Source: Flectonema sp. DT1601
Lineage: Eukaryota
Direction: 5' to 3'
DNA: 64,000 nucleotides
Assembly (NCBI GenBank): GCA_964019425.1
Contig: OZ025801.1
Span: 496,001 to 560,000, forward strand
Under the pieces are notes generated by a model, which searched no databases, had not been told where the DNA came from, and saw only the letters and a program-made list of their open reading frames with translations. The first letter of the stretch is position 1; every line of letters begins with the position of its first letter. Both the position numbers and the translations under genes were made by a program. Below are positions 32,888 to 45,032 of this stretch, in pieces.

Positions 32888-34045
32888 TTATAGTGATTCT
32901 CTCTCTTCAACGTCTTCTAAGAGTTCTGCAATTTTATAGAATTTTAAATTTCTTGCTAGTTTGGACAAATTATTATCAACACCATTGATATCTGAACCAC
33001 ACGAAAGGAGGAGCTCAACTACTTCGACAGACCCTGAATGAATAGCAGAAACAAGTATTGATTCACCGTATTGATTGAGGTATTTATTGTTGTTTATGTC
33101 TCCGGCATGTACCAATAGCACCGTAAGAAAATCAATTTCTCCACAAGAAACTGCTTCATGAAGAATGTTAATTCCGCTGAAATTCTTGATTGACAGATCA
33201 GTAGTATGGTGATTGCATAAAATATCAGCGATGATCAGGTTCCGTTCCTCCAGAGCGAAAGACAGAGCTGTATTGCCGTAAGCGTCAGTGTCATTCACGT
33301 CAACTCCCAGTTCAAGAAGAAATGAACAAACATTTTCTGATCCGTAATAGCTACATACCATTAAAAGGGTTTGTTGATTTCTACTTTTCTGACTAACATC
33401 TGCACCTTTAGCAATCAGTTCTTTGATCACTGGCAAATACCTGTCGTGAGACGCGAGGGTCATTAACGCTGTTTGACCGTTTTCGTTCTTGGCATTGATG
33501 TCAGCACCTTGTTGTAGTAGGTAGTTCATTATTTCGTAATTCCTCTGGAGAGCAGCTTCACTGATTGGTGTTCCCGGTAGTAGTGGTGTTGAGTTAATTG
33601 AGTATCCTTTTTGAATAAAATACTTAACGATGGCAAGAGATCCACCCTCAACCGCTGCTAAGACACAAGTTGATTCATCACAGGCACGAGTGACGTATTG
33701 ACCTGCTCCTGCTGCCATTGTTAATTCCAATCCTTCAATGTCTCCATGTAGAGCCATTGATACTATTTGAGCCAGACACATTTTTATATTCAATTTCTGA
33801 ACTTCTCTTTGAGCAGTTAATTTCTTAGATGGTCTGACTCGAAGTCGAGATTCTGGTTGGAGATCACTCTCGTCAAGGGGTCCTTTCAGTTCAATATTCG
33901 TATCTTCAATCTGAAGAACGACCTCATCAGCAGGAAGATAGAATTCGTTACTCGCAGCTTGACACAAATCCTCACAGCTGGTGTTTTCATTCACAATTAC
34001 AGACAGGATACCATCATAGTCATCACACGATAAAAACACCTGCAT
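32888..34045 (-). CDS. Ankyrin-repeat protein with ubiquitin-like N-terminal domain
   Basis: Repeated TPL/TAL...G.DIN ankyrin motifs (GADINAKNENGQTALM, GVDVNDTDAYGNTALS). Confidence 0.9.
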   Translation of the reverse strand: MQVFLSCDDYDGILSVIVNENTSCEDLCQAASNEFYLPADEVVLQIEDTNIELKGPLDESDLQPESRLRVRPSKKLTAQREVQKLNIKMCLAQIVSMALHGDIEGLELTMAAGAGQYVTRACDESTCVLAAVEGGSLAIVKYFIQKGYSINSTPLLPGTPISEAALQRNYEIMNYLLQQGADINAKNENGQTALMTLASHDRYLPVIKELIAKGADVSQKSRNQQTLLMVCSYYGSENVCSFLLELGVDVNDTDAYGNTALSFALEERNLIIADILCNHHTTDLSIKNFSGINILHEAVSCGEIDFLTVLLVHAGDINNNKYLNQYGESILVSAIHSGSVEVVELLLSCGSDINGVDNNLSKLARNLKFYKIAELLEDVEERESL

Positions 34046-34202
34046 TCCAACTGAGTTCTGAAGGGTTGAAAAAAAAGGTGATAACTTTATTTTAAAAAAA
34101 AAAAAAAAAACTAAATATAATTACAGGTACAATTATTTATTTCTACAATGCAAAAAAAAAAAAAAAATAAACTAACATAAGTGACAGGGGACAAGTGTTG
34201 TC

Positions 34203-35168
34203 TTACAAGCCATCAGGATCAAAGGGTATTCCTCTGGGAGGTGATGAGCTGTATCTGATTGGACTTCTGGTTCTGAGAGATTGATGTGAAAATAAAAGAC
34301 TATCAATCATTCCCGGTTGTTGTTGTTGTTTTTGTTGAAGCAGCATCTTTAAATGGAGGATTACGTTTTTACGTTGCTTTAGTTTTGCTTTGATGCGGGT
34401 CAATTCAATTTGAAGAACTCTCATAACGGAACCGCTAGCTTTTGGGCTTTTGATATCATCACGAAGACGGCAGACATCATCTTCCATGAGTCGGACATTC
34501 TCTTTACGAAGTTCCTTCAGTTGCTGTTGTAGTTCTTCGACTTGTCCTTGGTCGATTTTAACTTTCCTCTCTTCATTCTTTTGATGTAATGCATTAAATC
34601 CTTGTATTAAACTTTGCTGTTCTTTATCCTTTTCTGTTAACTGTTTTACTCTGTACATTAAGTCAGCAGCTTCGGCACGCGCAAGTGATAAGTTTTCTTC
34701 AACAATTCCAACGTTGAGTTGCTTTTGACGAGTGTCAGTTAGAAGGACTCTAAGTCTTTCTCTGGTTGTGAGTACTGCCGAAGTTTCTGAATCCAAAGCG
34801 ATATTAAACTCCGACATGCTAACACTAATATCACCGTCCAACTCATTCATGAGGTTCTGCATTCGAACTGTCTGAGCTAAAGTAAGGTTTCGCTGCTGTT
34901 CAGATTGCGACAGCTCTTCCTTAACAAGTTCCAGAGATACTTTTAAAGTGTCGAGAGAGTGTTTATCAATAGCAGCTTGTGCTTCATATTTCCCTTTCAT
35001 ATCTGACATTGTAGAGTGTAATGCATCTCTTTGAGCGACTACTAACAATAATTGTTTTTGAGTTTGTTCCAAGTCTGATTTTACTCCAAGTTCGACGCGT
35101 TTTTGTTCATCGTGACGCTCGTCATACATTCGTACTCTTGCTCGTAGTAAGTTAACCTCATTGTTCAT
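34203..35168 (-). CDS. Coiled-coil protein
   Basis: 321-aa ORF rich in L/E/Q/K heptads. Confidence 0.75.
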   Translation of the reverse strand: MNNEVNLLRARVRMYDERHDEQKRVELGVKSDLEQTQKQLLLVVAQRDALHSTMSDMKGKYEAQAAIDKHSLDTLKVSLELVKEELSQSEQQRNLTLAQTVRMQNLMNELDGDISVSMSEFNIALDSETSAVLTTRERLRVLLTDTRQKQLNVGIVEENLSLARAEAADLMYRVKQLTEKDKEQQSLIQGFNALHQKNEERKVKIDQGQVEELQQQLKELRKENVRLMEDDVCRLRDDIKSPKASGSVMRVLQIELTRIKAKLKQRKNVILHLKMLLQQKQQQQPGMIDSLLFSHQSLRTRSPIRYSSSPPRGIPFDPDGL

Positions 35169-35841
35169 CGTTTTGTATTTTTTTTTTTTAAAAAATCTGT
35201 ATTATAAAAAGGGTACACATAGAATAATGTTTACCGTATTTATAGAAACGAAATAATCTTCCTTATTGAGCTTAGTCGTTCTCACATTGTAATTTATAAA
35301 AGTGCTGTTTGATGAAACATACAACATAGCAGATATGTAACGTTGTAATTTTTTATTAAGATAAATAAAAAAAAAAACACTTTAAATAACGACGATAACA
35401 ATGAAAGGTAAACTTTCGCACCGTCTTTTAATAAAATTATGGGAGGGGCAAGAAATATTTTTATCCGCTCACGCTTGTGGTTTTGCGTGCTCTTACTATT
35501 CATGGTTTTTTTTTTTTTTTTTTTTTTTGGGGAAAAAAAAAAAAAAAAAAAAAAAAAAAACCGTCTCGCAAAACCTCGAGGAAAAAAAACTTACACTACA
35601 AAAAGCTCCCTTGAATTACGGAGGCTATGAAACTGCAGATGATTCCCACTTCACCATATTATTCACACACAAAGTGTTAATTATAAATCTTCTCTCTCTT
35701 TTTTTTTTTTTTTTTTAATTTTTTTTTTTTGTTTGTTTTAAAATAACCTCTCGTAAGACGTTGAATCATAATGAAGACTGCCCATCGCATGTGTCTCAGT
35801 TGGGCAATATTTTTATTGTTTTGGGTTCTTGAACATACTGT

Positions 35842-36795
35842 TTAAGATTCAAGAAGTTCCTTTGCACCCTTAGTAAGAAGCATTTGAGATAAGACCTGTC
35901 CAACTTTTTCAGATTCAGTTATCGGACCTGAGTGCGATGTTTCAATTATCTTACTACCATCCGTTGAGAAGACCGCTCCACGAACTAATATTGTTTCACT
36001 ATCAGGGCAAGTAGCTCTGACAGCTATTGGAACGTGACAACCACCTTCAAGTCCTCGGAGTAGTGCTCTCTCAGCAAGAGCAACTTGTGTTGTTAATGTA
36101 TGGCTTAGGGAAGACAAGATCTCCTTAATCCATTCATCATCACTGCGGCATTCCACAGCAAGGATTCCTTGAGCAACAGCGTACATGTATTTCTCTTCAG
36201 GAAGTACCTGAGTAATTCTTTCCTCATAAACTGGATCTTTCATCCTGAGTAGACCAGCATGAGCGAGGATTGTAGCGTCATAGCCGTTGGCTGGATCATC
36301 TAATTTCGCAAGACGGGTTCCAATATTTCCTCTGATGTCTCTGAATTTAAGAGTTGGATGAAAGTGAGCCAACACGGCCCTTCTACGTAAGGATGATGTT
36401 CCAACGACGCTTCCAGCTGGTAAGTCATCAAGAGTTTTAATACCGCTGTCTTTCTTGGCAATCAACACGTCTTCTTTTGGATCACGCTCCAAGAAACTTC
36501 CGATTATCAGTCCTTCAGGTAGTTTCGTTTGGAGATCTTTGCAGCTGTGAACAGCGATGTCGACTTCTCCAGAGTGCATTTTGTCTTCAAGCTCTTGAGT
36601 GAAAAGTCCCTTATCTCCAATTTCAGCAAGTGGTACGTCGAGGATCTTATCCCCCTTGGATTCAGAAGCGATAATTTCATACTTAAGCTCTGGAAATTTC
36701 TCTTTCAATCTCGCTACAACAAACTCTGTTTGTACCATCGCCAATGGCGATTTTCGTGAACCTATCCTTACCGTGTCTCTTTTAACTTCTGACAT
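35842..36795 (-). CDS. hemC: Porphobilinogen deaminase (hydroxymethylbilane synthase)
   Basis: RIGSRKSPLAMVQ, GDKGLFTQELE, DIAVHSCKD, VGTSSLRR, IRGNIGTRL, LEGGCHVP (cofactor Cys); start taken at MSEVKR. Confidence 0.96.
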   Translation of the reverse strand: MSEVKRDTVRIGSRKSPLAMVQTEFVVARLKEKFPELKYEIIASESKGDKILDVPLAEIGDKGLFTQELEDKMHSGEVDIAVHSCKDLQTKLPEGLIIGSFLERDPKEDVLIAKKDSGIKTLDDLPAGSVVGTSSLRRRAVLAHFHPTLKFRDIRGNIGTRLAKLDDPANGYDATILAHAGLLRMKDPVYEERITQVLPEEKYMYAVAQGILAVECRSDDEWIKEILSSLSHTLTTQVALAERALLRGLEGGCHVPIAVRATCPDSETILVRGAVFSTDGSKIIETSHSGPITESEKVGQVLSQMLLTKGAKELLES

Positions 36796-37074
36796 CTGAA
36801 GTTTTTTTTTATGTATCTGGGAAGAAATAAAAAAATAAAATAGCTCTTTTAAAAAAAAAAAAAGAAAAAATGTATAAGGTTCCATCTAAGGAGGCATTTT
36901 CTGTGAATGGTACAGCTCTGAGGATGGGGGAAAAATTAATTTAATTTATAGAAGAGAAACACACAGCGGAACGAAATTAATTGAAGGAAAAAAAGTATTT
37001 TGTCAACATGAACTAATGTGATTGCTATCATAGAAGACTAACATTGTTGTGTGTTTTTTTTATTTTATTTTATT

Positions 37075-37168
37075 TTTTGTACCGACGAAGTCGGAGAACA
37101 AAGCTACTCAGGTTAAAAGCCACCAGTGTGCAATTAACAAAATACAAAGGCTTATCCGAATGGTTATT
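37075..37168 (+). mobile_element. Shortest complete family C (Helentron-like) copy; degenerate copy at 39160-39210
   Basis: T-run, hairpin CCGAC-GAA-GTCGG (37082-37094), ctactcaggttaaaagcc ... aaggcttatccgaatggtt, T-run. Confidence 0.65.
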
Positions 37169-38749
37169 TTTGTTATTATTATTATTTTCTTTTTCGTTCT
37201 TCCTGTTATTTTTTTCCCTCAGATATAATCATAATCATATTTCTTTTTTTTTTTTTTTTTTTTTTTCTTCTGCTGAGTGCCTTCTTTAGGTTATCTCTGT
37301 TTTTTTTTTTTTCTTTCTTGTTTGCTTACGTAGAGAAAACCACATTATATTTTTTTTTTTTTTTTTTTTGAAAAAAATAATTAAAAAAAAAAAAAAAGGT
37401 GGTAACCTCAATAGAAAAACAACTACAAGAAAAGAGGGAAATTAACTGCTCGGGTATTCTTATAAATGATATAAAAAAATGGATTGTGCCAATGCTAACT
37501 AATAGGCAATTGTTAGTGCAGACAAACAACTCCACTGTGTCATAGAAAGACACGCAATCGATAGTGAAATTTTGACAAGTAAAAAACGGTAACAAACATT
37601 TAGGTATTAAAAAATTAATATCAAAGTACTTAACTGGAAAAAAAACAAAAAAAAAAAAAAAAATTCAACGAAAAGTTAAAAGTTGCGAATTCTTCTTTTT
37701 TTTTTTTTTTTTTTTTTTCCAATTGTAGAAAACATTGGAAAGGGAAAAAAAAAAAAAAAAAAAAAAAGAGGGTTAACTTGGGTTCTTTCTTCCTTTACTG
37801 TAATAAAATAAAAATAAAAATAAAAGAGATACCTTTTTCCACTATTCGCGGGTTATGACTAGCGTACGTATCTTTAATCGAGTTTAACACCCTATTTCTC
37901 ACTGTCTGGCATGCATGACAAGACTAGAAGAGAAGAAGCTGGCCTCTTAACCACAAGCAATCATTAATAGGAAAAGGACAAGGCAGACAGACAAAAAAAA
38001 AAAAACGCAGGAATACCACAAACTGATATTACTTAAACCAGGCGACCTTTTCGGGCAAGCATCAGGTTTTCGGTCGAAAAGAATAGTAGCGTATAGTTGG
38101 GGTTTAATCAAGATGTATTGTCCCACAGTAACATAAAAAACATTTCTTTTTTTTTTTTTTTAATTATTTTTTTTTTTTTTTTTTCCCCGACCTCAGTAAA
38201 AATAAATGTCAAGTAGTGACTAAAATAGGCTACAGAAAAACAATAAAAAAAATTTAAAAAAAAAAAAAATAATAATAATTAGTTATTGTGTGTTGGTGAA
38301 GGGAACAGAAAAGAAGAAAAAAACGAGGGTTTTTTTTTTTTTTTTTTTTTTGCATCGATTCTGTTAGTTGTTTGATAAGAACGTCATTACGTATCGGGAA
38401 CATTTTAATAATACATAATAGTGAAATAATAACTTTAAAAAAAAAAAAAGATTTAAAAAAAGAAAGGAAGGAAAAAAACTATAATTCCACATAAAAGTTT
38501 GTGAAATGTTGTCACCCAAGGTCATGGGGATATTTTTTTTTTTTTCTCCTAAAAATTTTATTTTTTCCTGCATAAGGCAAGGCCATCCGTCTATACACGG
38601 TTGAGCCTTAACTACATCACTATCTCAGGATAGATACAAGTTGACTTTATTTGACAAGATATCCACACGTCTGGCTGACACAACCGAGAGAGTGCTGAAC
38701 TCTAGCACTACGTAGATCCCAGATCAGTGTCTCTGGAAGCAGTAGGTCA

Positions 38750-38885
38750 TCAATTAAGGAACTTCAGGACAGAGAATACTCGTTCAGCCTTAACTGATGA
38801 TATTAGTCTCACCTGTGTCTGACAGGAGGGAGTGTGTTGTGATATTGTGTAGCAACTTCCACTTTCGGAAACTTTTTGTGTTGAG
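38750..38885 (-). pseudogene. Frameshifted fragment resembling the hAT transposase C-terminal dimerisation domain
   Basis: KFPKVEVATQYHNTLP in one frame followed by SSVKAERVFSVLK in another, matching FP.L..A...P.SS..ERvFS. Confidence 0.5.
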
Positions 38886-39132
38886 ATCTGACATAACATT
38901 TGCGTTGGATTAGGTGTGCCCAAAGAAGGAAAAAAAAAAAAAAAAGAATCGATGTATGCGCTGGTAATAAATCGTTTTAAGGGGAAAAAAAAAAGAGGGA
39001 TCGAAAGATAAGGAGGAAAAATCGTAGATAATGAACCATATATAAGAAGACAAAAAAAAAACAAAAAAAAAAAACAAAAAGGAAGCCAATTAGGGCAAGA
39101 TACAGCTTCCCCTCGTAAATATGAATATTTCA

Positions 39133-39163
<31 letters not shown>

Positions 39164-40229
39164 GCACCGACGAAATCGGAGAAAGAAAAATCTTAAAAGA
39201 ACCCGTTATTTTATAATCGTAATACTATTGGTTTATCGAAACGGAGAAGGTTTTCAATTACTTAGTACCTCCTACACCCAATAATTTCTTTCCGATCGAT
39301 GCAATCACAAAGTTTTCCAAACCAAATAATGCTAAAATGGTTTACCCTGACGCAACTCCATGACAACTCCAAAAGAAACAATAATCTACTACTAAGAGAG
39401 GGAATATAAATTTTTCCGTTTCTTTATTTTTTTTTTTTTGTCTGTTTTTTTTTTTTAAAAACCCCAGTGTAGCAGAACATGAAAGAAAATCTTAATACAA
39501 AGATCACCTCTGCGAAAAAAAACGAACTTTATAAAAAAAAAAAAAAAAAAAAAAAATTATTTAAAAATTGAGAAAATGAGTATCACACGGCATCTCTTCA
39601 CTTATGTTGGATATTTATCTCTGTCTCTCTCTATCATTTTTTTATTTTTTTTTTTAAAAGAGGGATTTAAGTCGTGAAAGCACGTGAACAAGCACTCCGA
39701 ATCAAAAGAAAACACAACAAAAAAAAAAAAAAAAAAAACGTGTTCCCATTCCGTTTGAGTTACAGCAGTCTCTGAAGACGTGGGGTCGCTACACTCCTCA
39801 GTACAGTTTCGAAACCGAGGCATGTGCGACAACGATTCTTTTTTTTTTAAATTGGGGTAGAGAAAAGTCCTTATAGGCGAGTTATATCTGAAAAGTAAGA
39901 TGCAAAAGCAGCACATTCCTCTCCCTCCCTCCCTCCCTTTTTTTCTTCTTTATGCGCTTAACTAACTTCATCAATATCCATAAAAATTTTCCAACCATGA
40001 AAGGAACAAACAACAGATTTTATAAAAGTTCTTTTTTTTTTTTTTTTTTCCCTAAGGAATTATGCAAACCATCAACCCTTATTTAAATCTACGTAGAAAT
40101 GATTAATGGCTTTCGCAGTATCCCTGCTACAACTATTTTCATACTGGAGAAGAATGCCTTTGTGCAATAAGCACAATAAGACCTACTCAACTACCACCAT
40201 GGGAAGAAATTACCAAAAAGAAAAAGCGT

Positions 40230-40742
40230 CTAACTGTAGTGGAATGCATCAGTGACTACTTGTGACCTGTTATGTTATTATTAATTTTTTAAACTTTTTT
40301 AATCAAAAAAAGAAAGAAAGGGGGAAAAAAAAAACTCTACATACGCCCATTGATTCGCAGCCATAGAATCTGGTTGTCTAACCTGCTGCATTTGCTTCAT
40401 CTGTTTTGTCATTATTTTAATTATATAAATTCATAAATTACAACAAAGTAAGAATTAATTACATACCATCATGTAGTCTGGTATAGGTGCCTGTGTGTAT
40501 GCTGCTGCGCTGGCGACATTGAATTGCGGCATAAACTGTTTTGTTTGTTTGTTTTTTTTTAATAATTTTTTGACAAATCAAAAAAGAAAAAAGAGTACAA
40601 ACCTGACTCTGTGGAAGTTGAACTGTAGTTGGAAGAACACTTTGCGCTGCAACAGCAGGATAGAACATGCTAGCAGGGAGATTATTTGGAGAGGGTGTCG
40701 CTTGTGGAATGAAAGGAAGCTGCTGTTGTTGTTGCTGTTGAA

Positions 40743-40785
<43 letters not shown>

Positions 40786-42885
40786 TTGTTGTTGCCTCTG
40801 AAGTTGTCCATCAGTTCTTCTATTAAATTGCTGACCACGCTGAGCATGACTCTGAGTTTTCTGCTGCGTATATTCAACATAAATAATACTTCCCTCCTTG
40901 ATGTCGTAATCTTTACAAACGCTGTTCATATTTTCCAGCTTGACTCCATTCTTTGTGGTCAATTTCTGCAACGGTTGAGGAATTTTCCATTTTTCAGCTA
41001 TAGACTCCTTCAGTTTTTTTACCTTTACCTTTGCCCAATTCCCATTCAACATCAGCTGCTCATCCTTAGCGGTATCAACGATTTCGATTTGACCTTTCCA
41101 CTCGTTATTATTCTTCGTAGTTATTTGAGGATGATCAAAGTATCTCGTATGCCATGATTCAGATGAGTGTTCGCATCTATCGATGAGACAAGTGTGTCGA
41201 AATAATTTCTGATGATCTGGGTCGTTAATAAGCGGACAAACACCATCCTTTTCACACATCATGATTAGAATATTTGACTCGTCGGTTACTCCACGAGACA
41301 AACGTCTTTTCGAAGTGCTTGTTGCTGGAGGAGGTTCAGTTGGTGGCGCAGGTACCACTGGTGGAGGAGGATAAGTAGGAGGAGTTGGTGGCACTGCCGT
41401 AGGAGAACAGAAGATAACAGTCATATTTTTAGCACATCTATGAGTTATGCTGTCGATGTCTTTTTCTGTTGGTCTTAATCCGTCAATCGATCCCACAGTC
41501 ATCCCCGGCTGTAGACCTAATTCACAAGCCATCTCATCACGAGATGAATCAATTATTTTAATAGAATTATTAACCCACAACAAGTCTATATCTAAACTGT
41601 TACCTCTTTGAATGATAACTGATATTTCAATTGTTCCACGTTGTTGTTGTTTTGGAGAATCAGTTTTTCGTCTTTGAGTCTGATACAAACTTTTATTCTT
41701 CCCACTTAGTATTAATGGAATTGAACCTTCCGTTGGGGACAGTGTCGCACTGTCAGGTGGAGGATTAGGAGGTGGGGTTGGTATCCTCTGAATTGGATCT
41801 GCTGGTGGCGATGGAGGTGACGGTGGAGGCGGAGGTCGGCACTCCTCTAACCCTTTTGCTTGTTGATCATTCAACGACGACACATTCTCATGTTGTACTT
41901 CTTTAATGTTCTGACGCATCTCCTTTTCCACGGATACGATTCGAGTGACTTGTAACTTGTGAAGAGTTTTTATGAAAGTCGTTTGTTGTTTTTTCGAAGA
42001 AGAATTCTGTTCAGCGAGGGTGGAATTTCTAACCATTTGCTCAGATATCTCAAATGACTCTCTGTCGACCGTCTGCTGTTCTTGAAGATGCTTTGCTGCT
42101 GCAGCTGCCGCAGTTGCTGCCGCCTCGGCTTCTTCGGTTTCCCGTTGCAGTCTGTCAGCTTCCCTCTTTTCCTGTCCTTCCTTTTCTAGTTGTTGTTTAG
42201 CCTCTTGTGCTTCAGCAGCTTTTCGCTCGTCTTCCGCCAATGCTGCGGCTGCTGCTGCTGCTGCTGCCTCTGCCTGTTTCTCATTCTCAAGTCGCTCCAT
42301 TTCTTTTAGTCTTTCAATCTCTTCCTCCTCGTCTGCCAATCTCTGTTTTTCAGCGGCCTCTGCTTCAGCGAGGGATTTCGCTTTTTCATCTTCTTCGGCA
42401 GCTTTTTTAGCGGCTTCTCTTACTTTTGCGTCATCAGACTTTGATTCTGAAATGCCGTTTGTTGCCTTTGATGATTTTTTGTCTTTCTTAGTTTTTGTTT
42501 TTGTAACAAGTTGAGAGTCTGTAAGAGTGGTATCCTTTGAGGCTTCAGGCTCAGGTACTACTACTTCTGCGGTAGGTGACGCAGTGGCGTCAGGCAACTT
42601 CGCAGGAAGAGGTAAATCCTGTGGGGAGAGTTCCTCAGACTTGCGAGCTTTTTGGTTGGCTTTCGATCTCTTCTTTTTCTCTCTCTTTTTCTGGTTTTGA
42701 ATCAGCTTCAATTCTGCTTCAGTTTTAACGTCGCTTACCACTTTCGTAAATCTTCCTCTGTTCATTGCATCTCGTTCTCTCTTATTCAGATTTAACCAAA
42801 ATAAAGCAACTCCAGCAACTGCTACGGCGAAGGAGAGAATTGCAACGAAAACGGTTGAGTCAAATGACCCATCAGAATGACTCAT
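40230..42885 (-). CDS. N-terminal TM protein with coiled coil, PDZ-like domain, two PBZ-like zinc fingers, ubiquitin-like domain and polyQ; three 3' introns (first 40536-40602)
   Basis: CEKDGVC...DHQKLFRH and CLIDRC...WHTRYFDH; KVKKLKESIAEKWKIPQPLQKL...DYDIKEGS; GT-AG introns extend the frame to ...DAFHYS*. Confidence 0.75.
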
Positions 42886-43515
42886 CGTATGGTTGGTATC
42901 TTTTTAATTTAGTACTCTTGTTTGCTGTTTTTAATGGGACAGATTCCTAGATTTCATTTCATGCTCAAAAGTCTAGAGGTAAAATAAATAAATAAAGACA
43001 GAGTTGAAACTGACTACACTTTTCCGATAATTTCATGTAATCAACAACAGCTGTTAAAGTTTGAAATAATAATAAAAATTAAACAAAGAAAAAAAAAAAC
43101 ATGTAACTATTACTGCACTGGAAAAGCTATCATGTTGGGACAGGTATTTCTAGAATAAGAAAAATTCATAAAAAAATAAATACCTCAAAACACAACACAT
43201 GAATAAAAAAAAGTTACAGAACCGAAAAAAAGAAAAAAAAAAAGTGTAAAGCGAATGTCTTGACACACGACGTTGAACACACGAAATAGCTTTATGTCCC
43301 TAAAATAAAGTTATGGACATAAGAAGACTGGTATAACAGAACCACTTTATAAAAACACACAAAGAGGATACGTTCGTGAAAAGGACGATTAACACTTGTC
43401 CTCCAGTCGAGAGGGTAAAATAAAATAAAACTGTTTTTATCTATCAGATATATACCCGGAGCTGTTAGTTGGGGTCGATTTTTTTTATGTTTTTCTTAAT
43501 TTTTTAGTTTCTATT

Positions 43516-44514
43516 CTACTGTGACTTCTTTCTAGCAGCAACAGGATCAGCAGTGAATAATGTTTTACCCTTAGCATCATGGTAACTGATTACAGTCTGC
43601 TCAGCAGTGACCACGAATGATGAGAACCCTCCATCAGTTCCGTAAGTGTTCTCACTGTCCATGTGGAATTTCATACTTCCGGAAGGAACATCCTTCTCAT
43701 GTTTTGGAGAATAGCAGCACTCCTTTCCTGCTCCTGACAACACAAATGTCATTCCCTTGTTCTCAAAGTGACCAAGACAGTGATCATGTCCAGCAATGTA
43801 ACCTGATGCTTCATACTTAGTCAATAATGGCAACACCTCTTGAATTAACTGTTCAGTAGGTCCATGCTCACACTGAGAGTAAATTGGGTAATGACCAGCA
43901 ACCCACAAATAGTCAGCAGTAGAGGCAGCCATCTGCTGCTCCAGCCACTGCAATTGAGTTCCTGCCAACTCAACGTGCTCTGGTGCCGGTCCAGTTGGTT
44001 TGACAAAAACGTTCTTCTCTTCATCATGGTAACTCATACCAGAGAACACAACAGTGTCGATGTAAATCACTTGAGTAGTGACGTTCTTACCGCCACTCAT
44101 GAAGGACTTTGAGAAAGTGTAGAAAAGTGATGGAAAGTTCCATCTCTTCGATAACTGAGAGTAGGCAATCTGAGCAGTGACGTTACCCTCGTGATCGTGA
44201 TTACCAGCAACAACGTACCATGGAACTTGAAGCTTCGGGTGGTTGAAAACATCTTCAAAAGTGGAGTGGAATCTGCTGCAATGATCATCTCCGTGAATTC
44301 CGGAGCTGTAGAAATTGTCACCAAGAGCGAGAACGAATTCCGTGTTTCCTAAAGTCTGAGCTACGGCACCCATTCCTTTGTTGTTGTCGACTTCTCCAGG
44401 AGCTGTTGGGTCAGTGTCAGAAGTACCTCCCCAGTCACCAATCGCAAGAAAACTCATCGAGTCTGCTGCCGACGCAGCTGCAGCAGCAGCGAGAAGAGCG
44501 GTGGTTCGCATCAT
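43516..44514 (-). CDS. ACP5: Secreted tartrate-resistant (purple) acid phosphatase, type 5-like
   Basis: Signal peptide; metal-ligand motifs GDWG, GDNFY, GNHD, GHYP, GHDH. Confidence 0.92.
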   Translation of the reverse strand: MMRTTALLAAAAAASAADSMSFLAIGDWGGTSDTDPTAPGEVDNNKGMGAVAQTLGNTEFVLALGDNFYSSGIHGDDHCSRFHSTFEDVFNHPKLQVPWYVVAGNHDHEGNVTAQIAYSQLSKRWNFPSLFYTFSKSFMSGGKNVTTQVIYIDTVVFSGMSYHDEEKNVFVKPTGPAPEHVELAGTQLQWLEQQMAASTADYLWVAGHYPIYSQCEHGPTEQLIQEVLPLLTKYEASGYIAGHDHCLGHFENKGMTFVLSGAGKECCYSPKHEKDVPSGSMKFHMDSENTYGTDGGFSSFVVTAEQTVISYHDAKGKTLFTADPVAARKKSQ

Positions 44515-45032
44515 TATTATTTTTTATTCGGCTGACGAACAAAAGACATTAAAATTCCATTCACTTAACTACTACAAACCCACACAAGTCAAACTATTCT
44601 ACAGAAACAGTAGACCGGATCAATATTTCCACTAAAGCGAAGTGGTAATATATTTCGTGGAAAAAAAAAAATAATTTTTAAAAAAAAAAAAAGATAAAAA
44701 CGTAAATCCGATTGCTCATACTGGCAAACGGCATTTGCCTTAAGCAGTAAAAGAATAAATAATATCTATTAGATGAATACAAGAAGTAACAAAAAAACGA
44801 ATGAAAATATAATTTAAAAGACAGCAATAAGACTGTCTGAGGATAAGGAAGTTAACTACAGAAGGACTATACTCTGAGGGAATACTTTAACTAAGTGATC
44901 CTTGACTATCAAAGGGATCCGAAGAGACGAAGAGTCCAAACCATCACATTGTCTGTGATTACAATAAATATATATAAAATTAAACAGAAGAAGAAGTAAA
45001 TCATCATTCCATTAACTACGGAAGGAGGAGGT

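Noticed and set aside
36796..36885. N-terminal extension of hemC (MEPYTFFLFFF...)
   Set aside because: Homopolymer-derived sequence; the family motif starts right after MSEVKR
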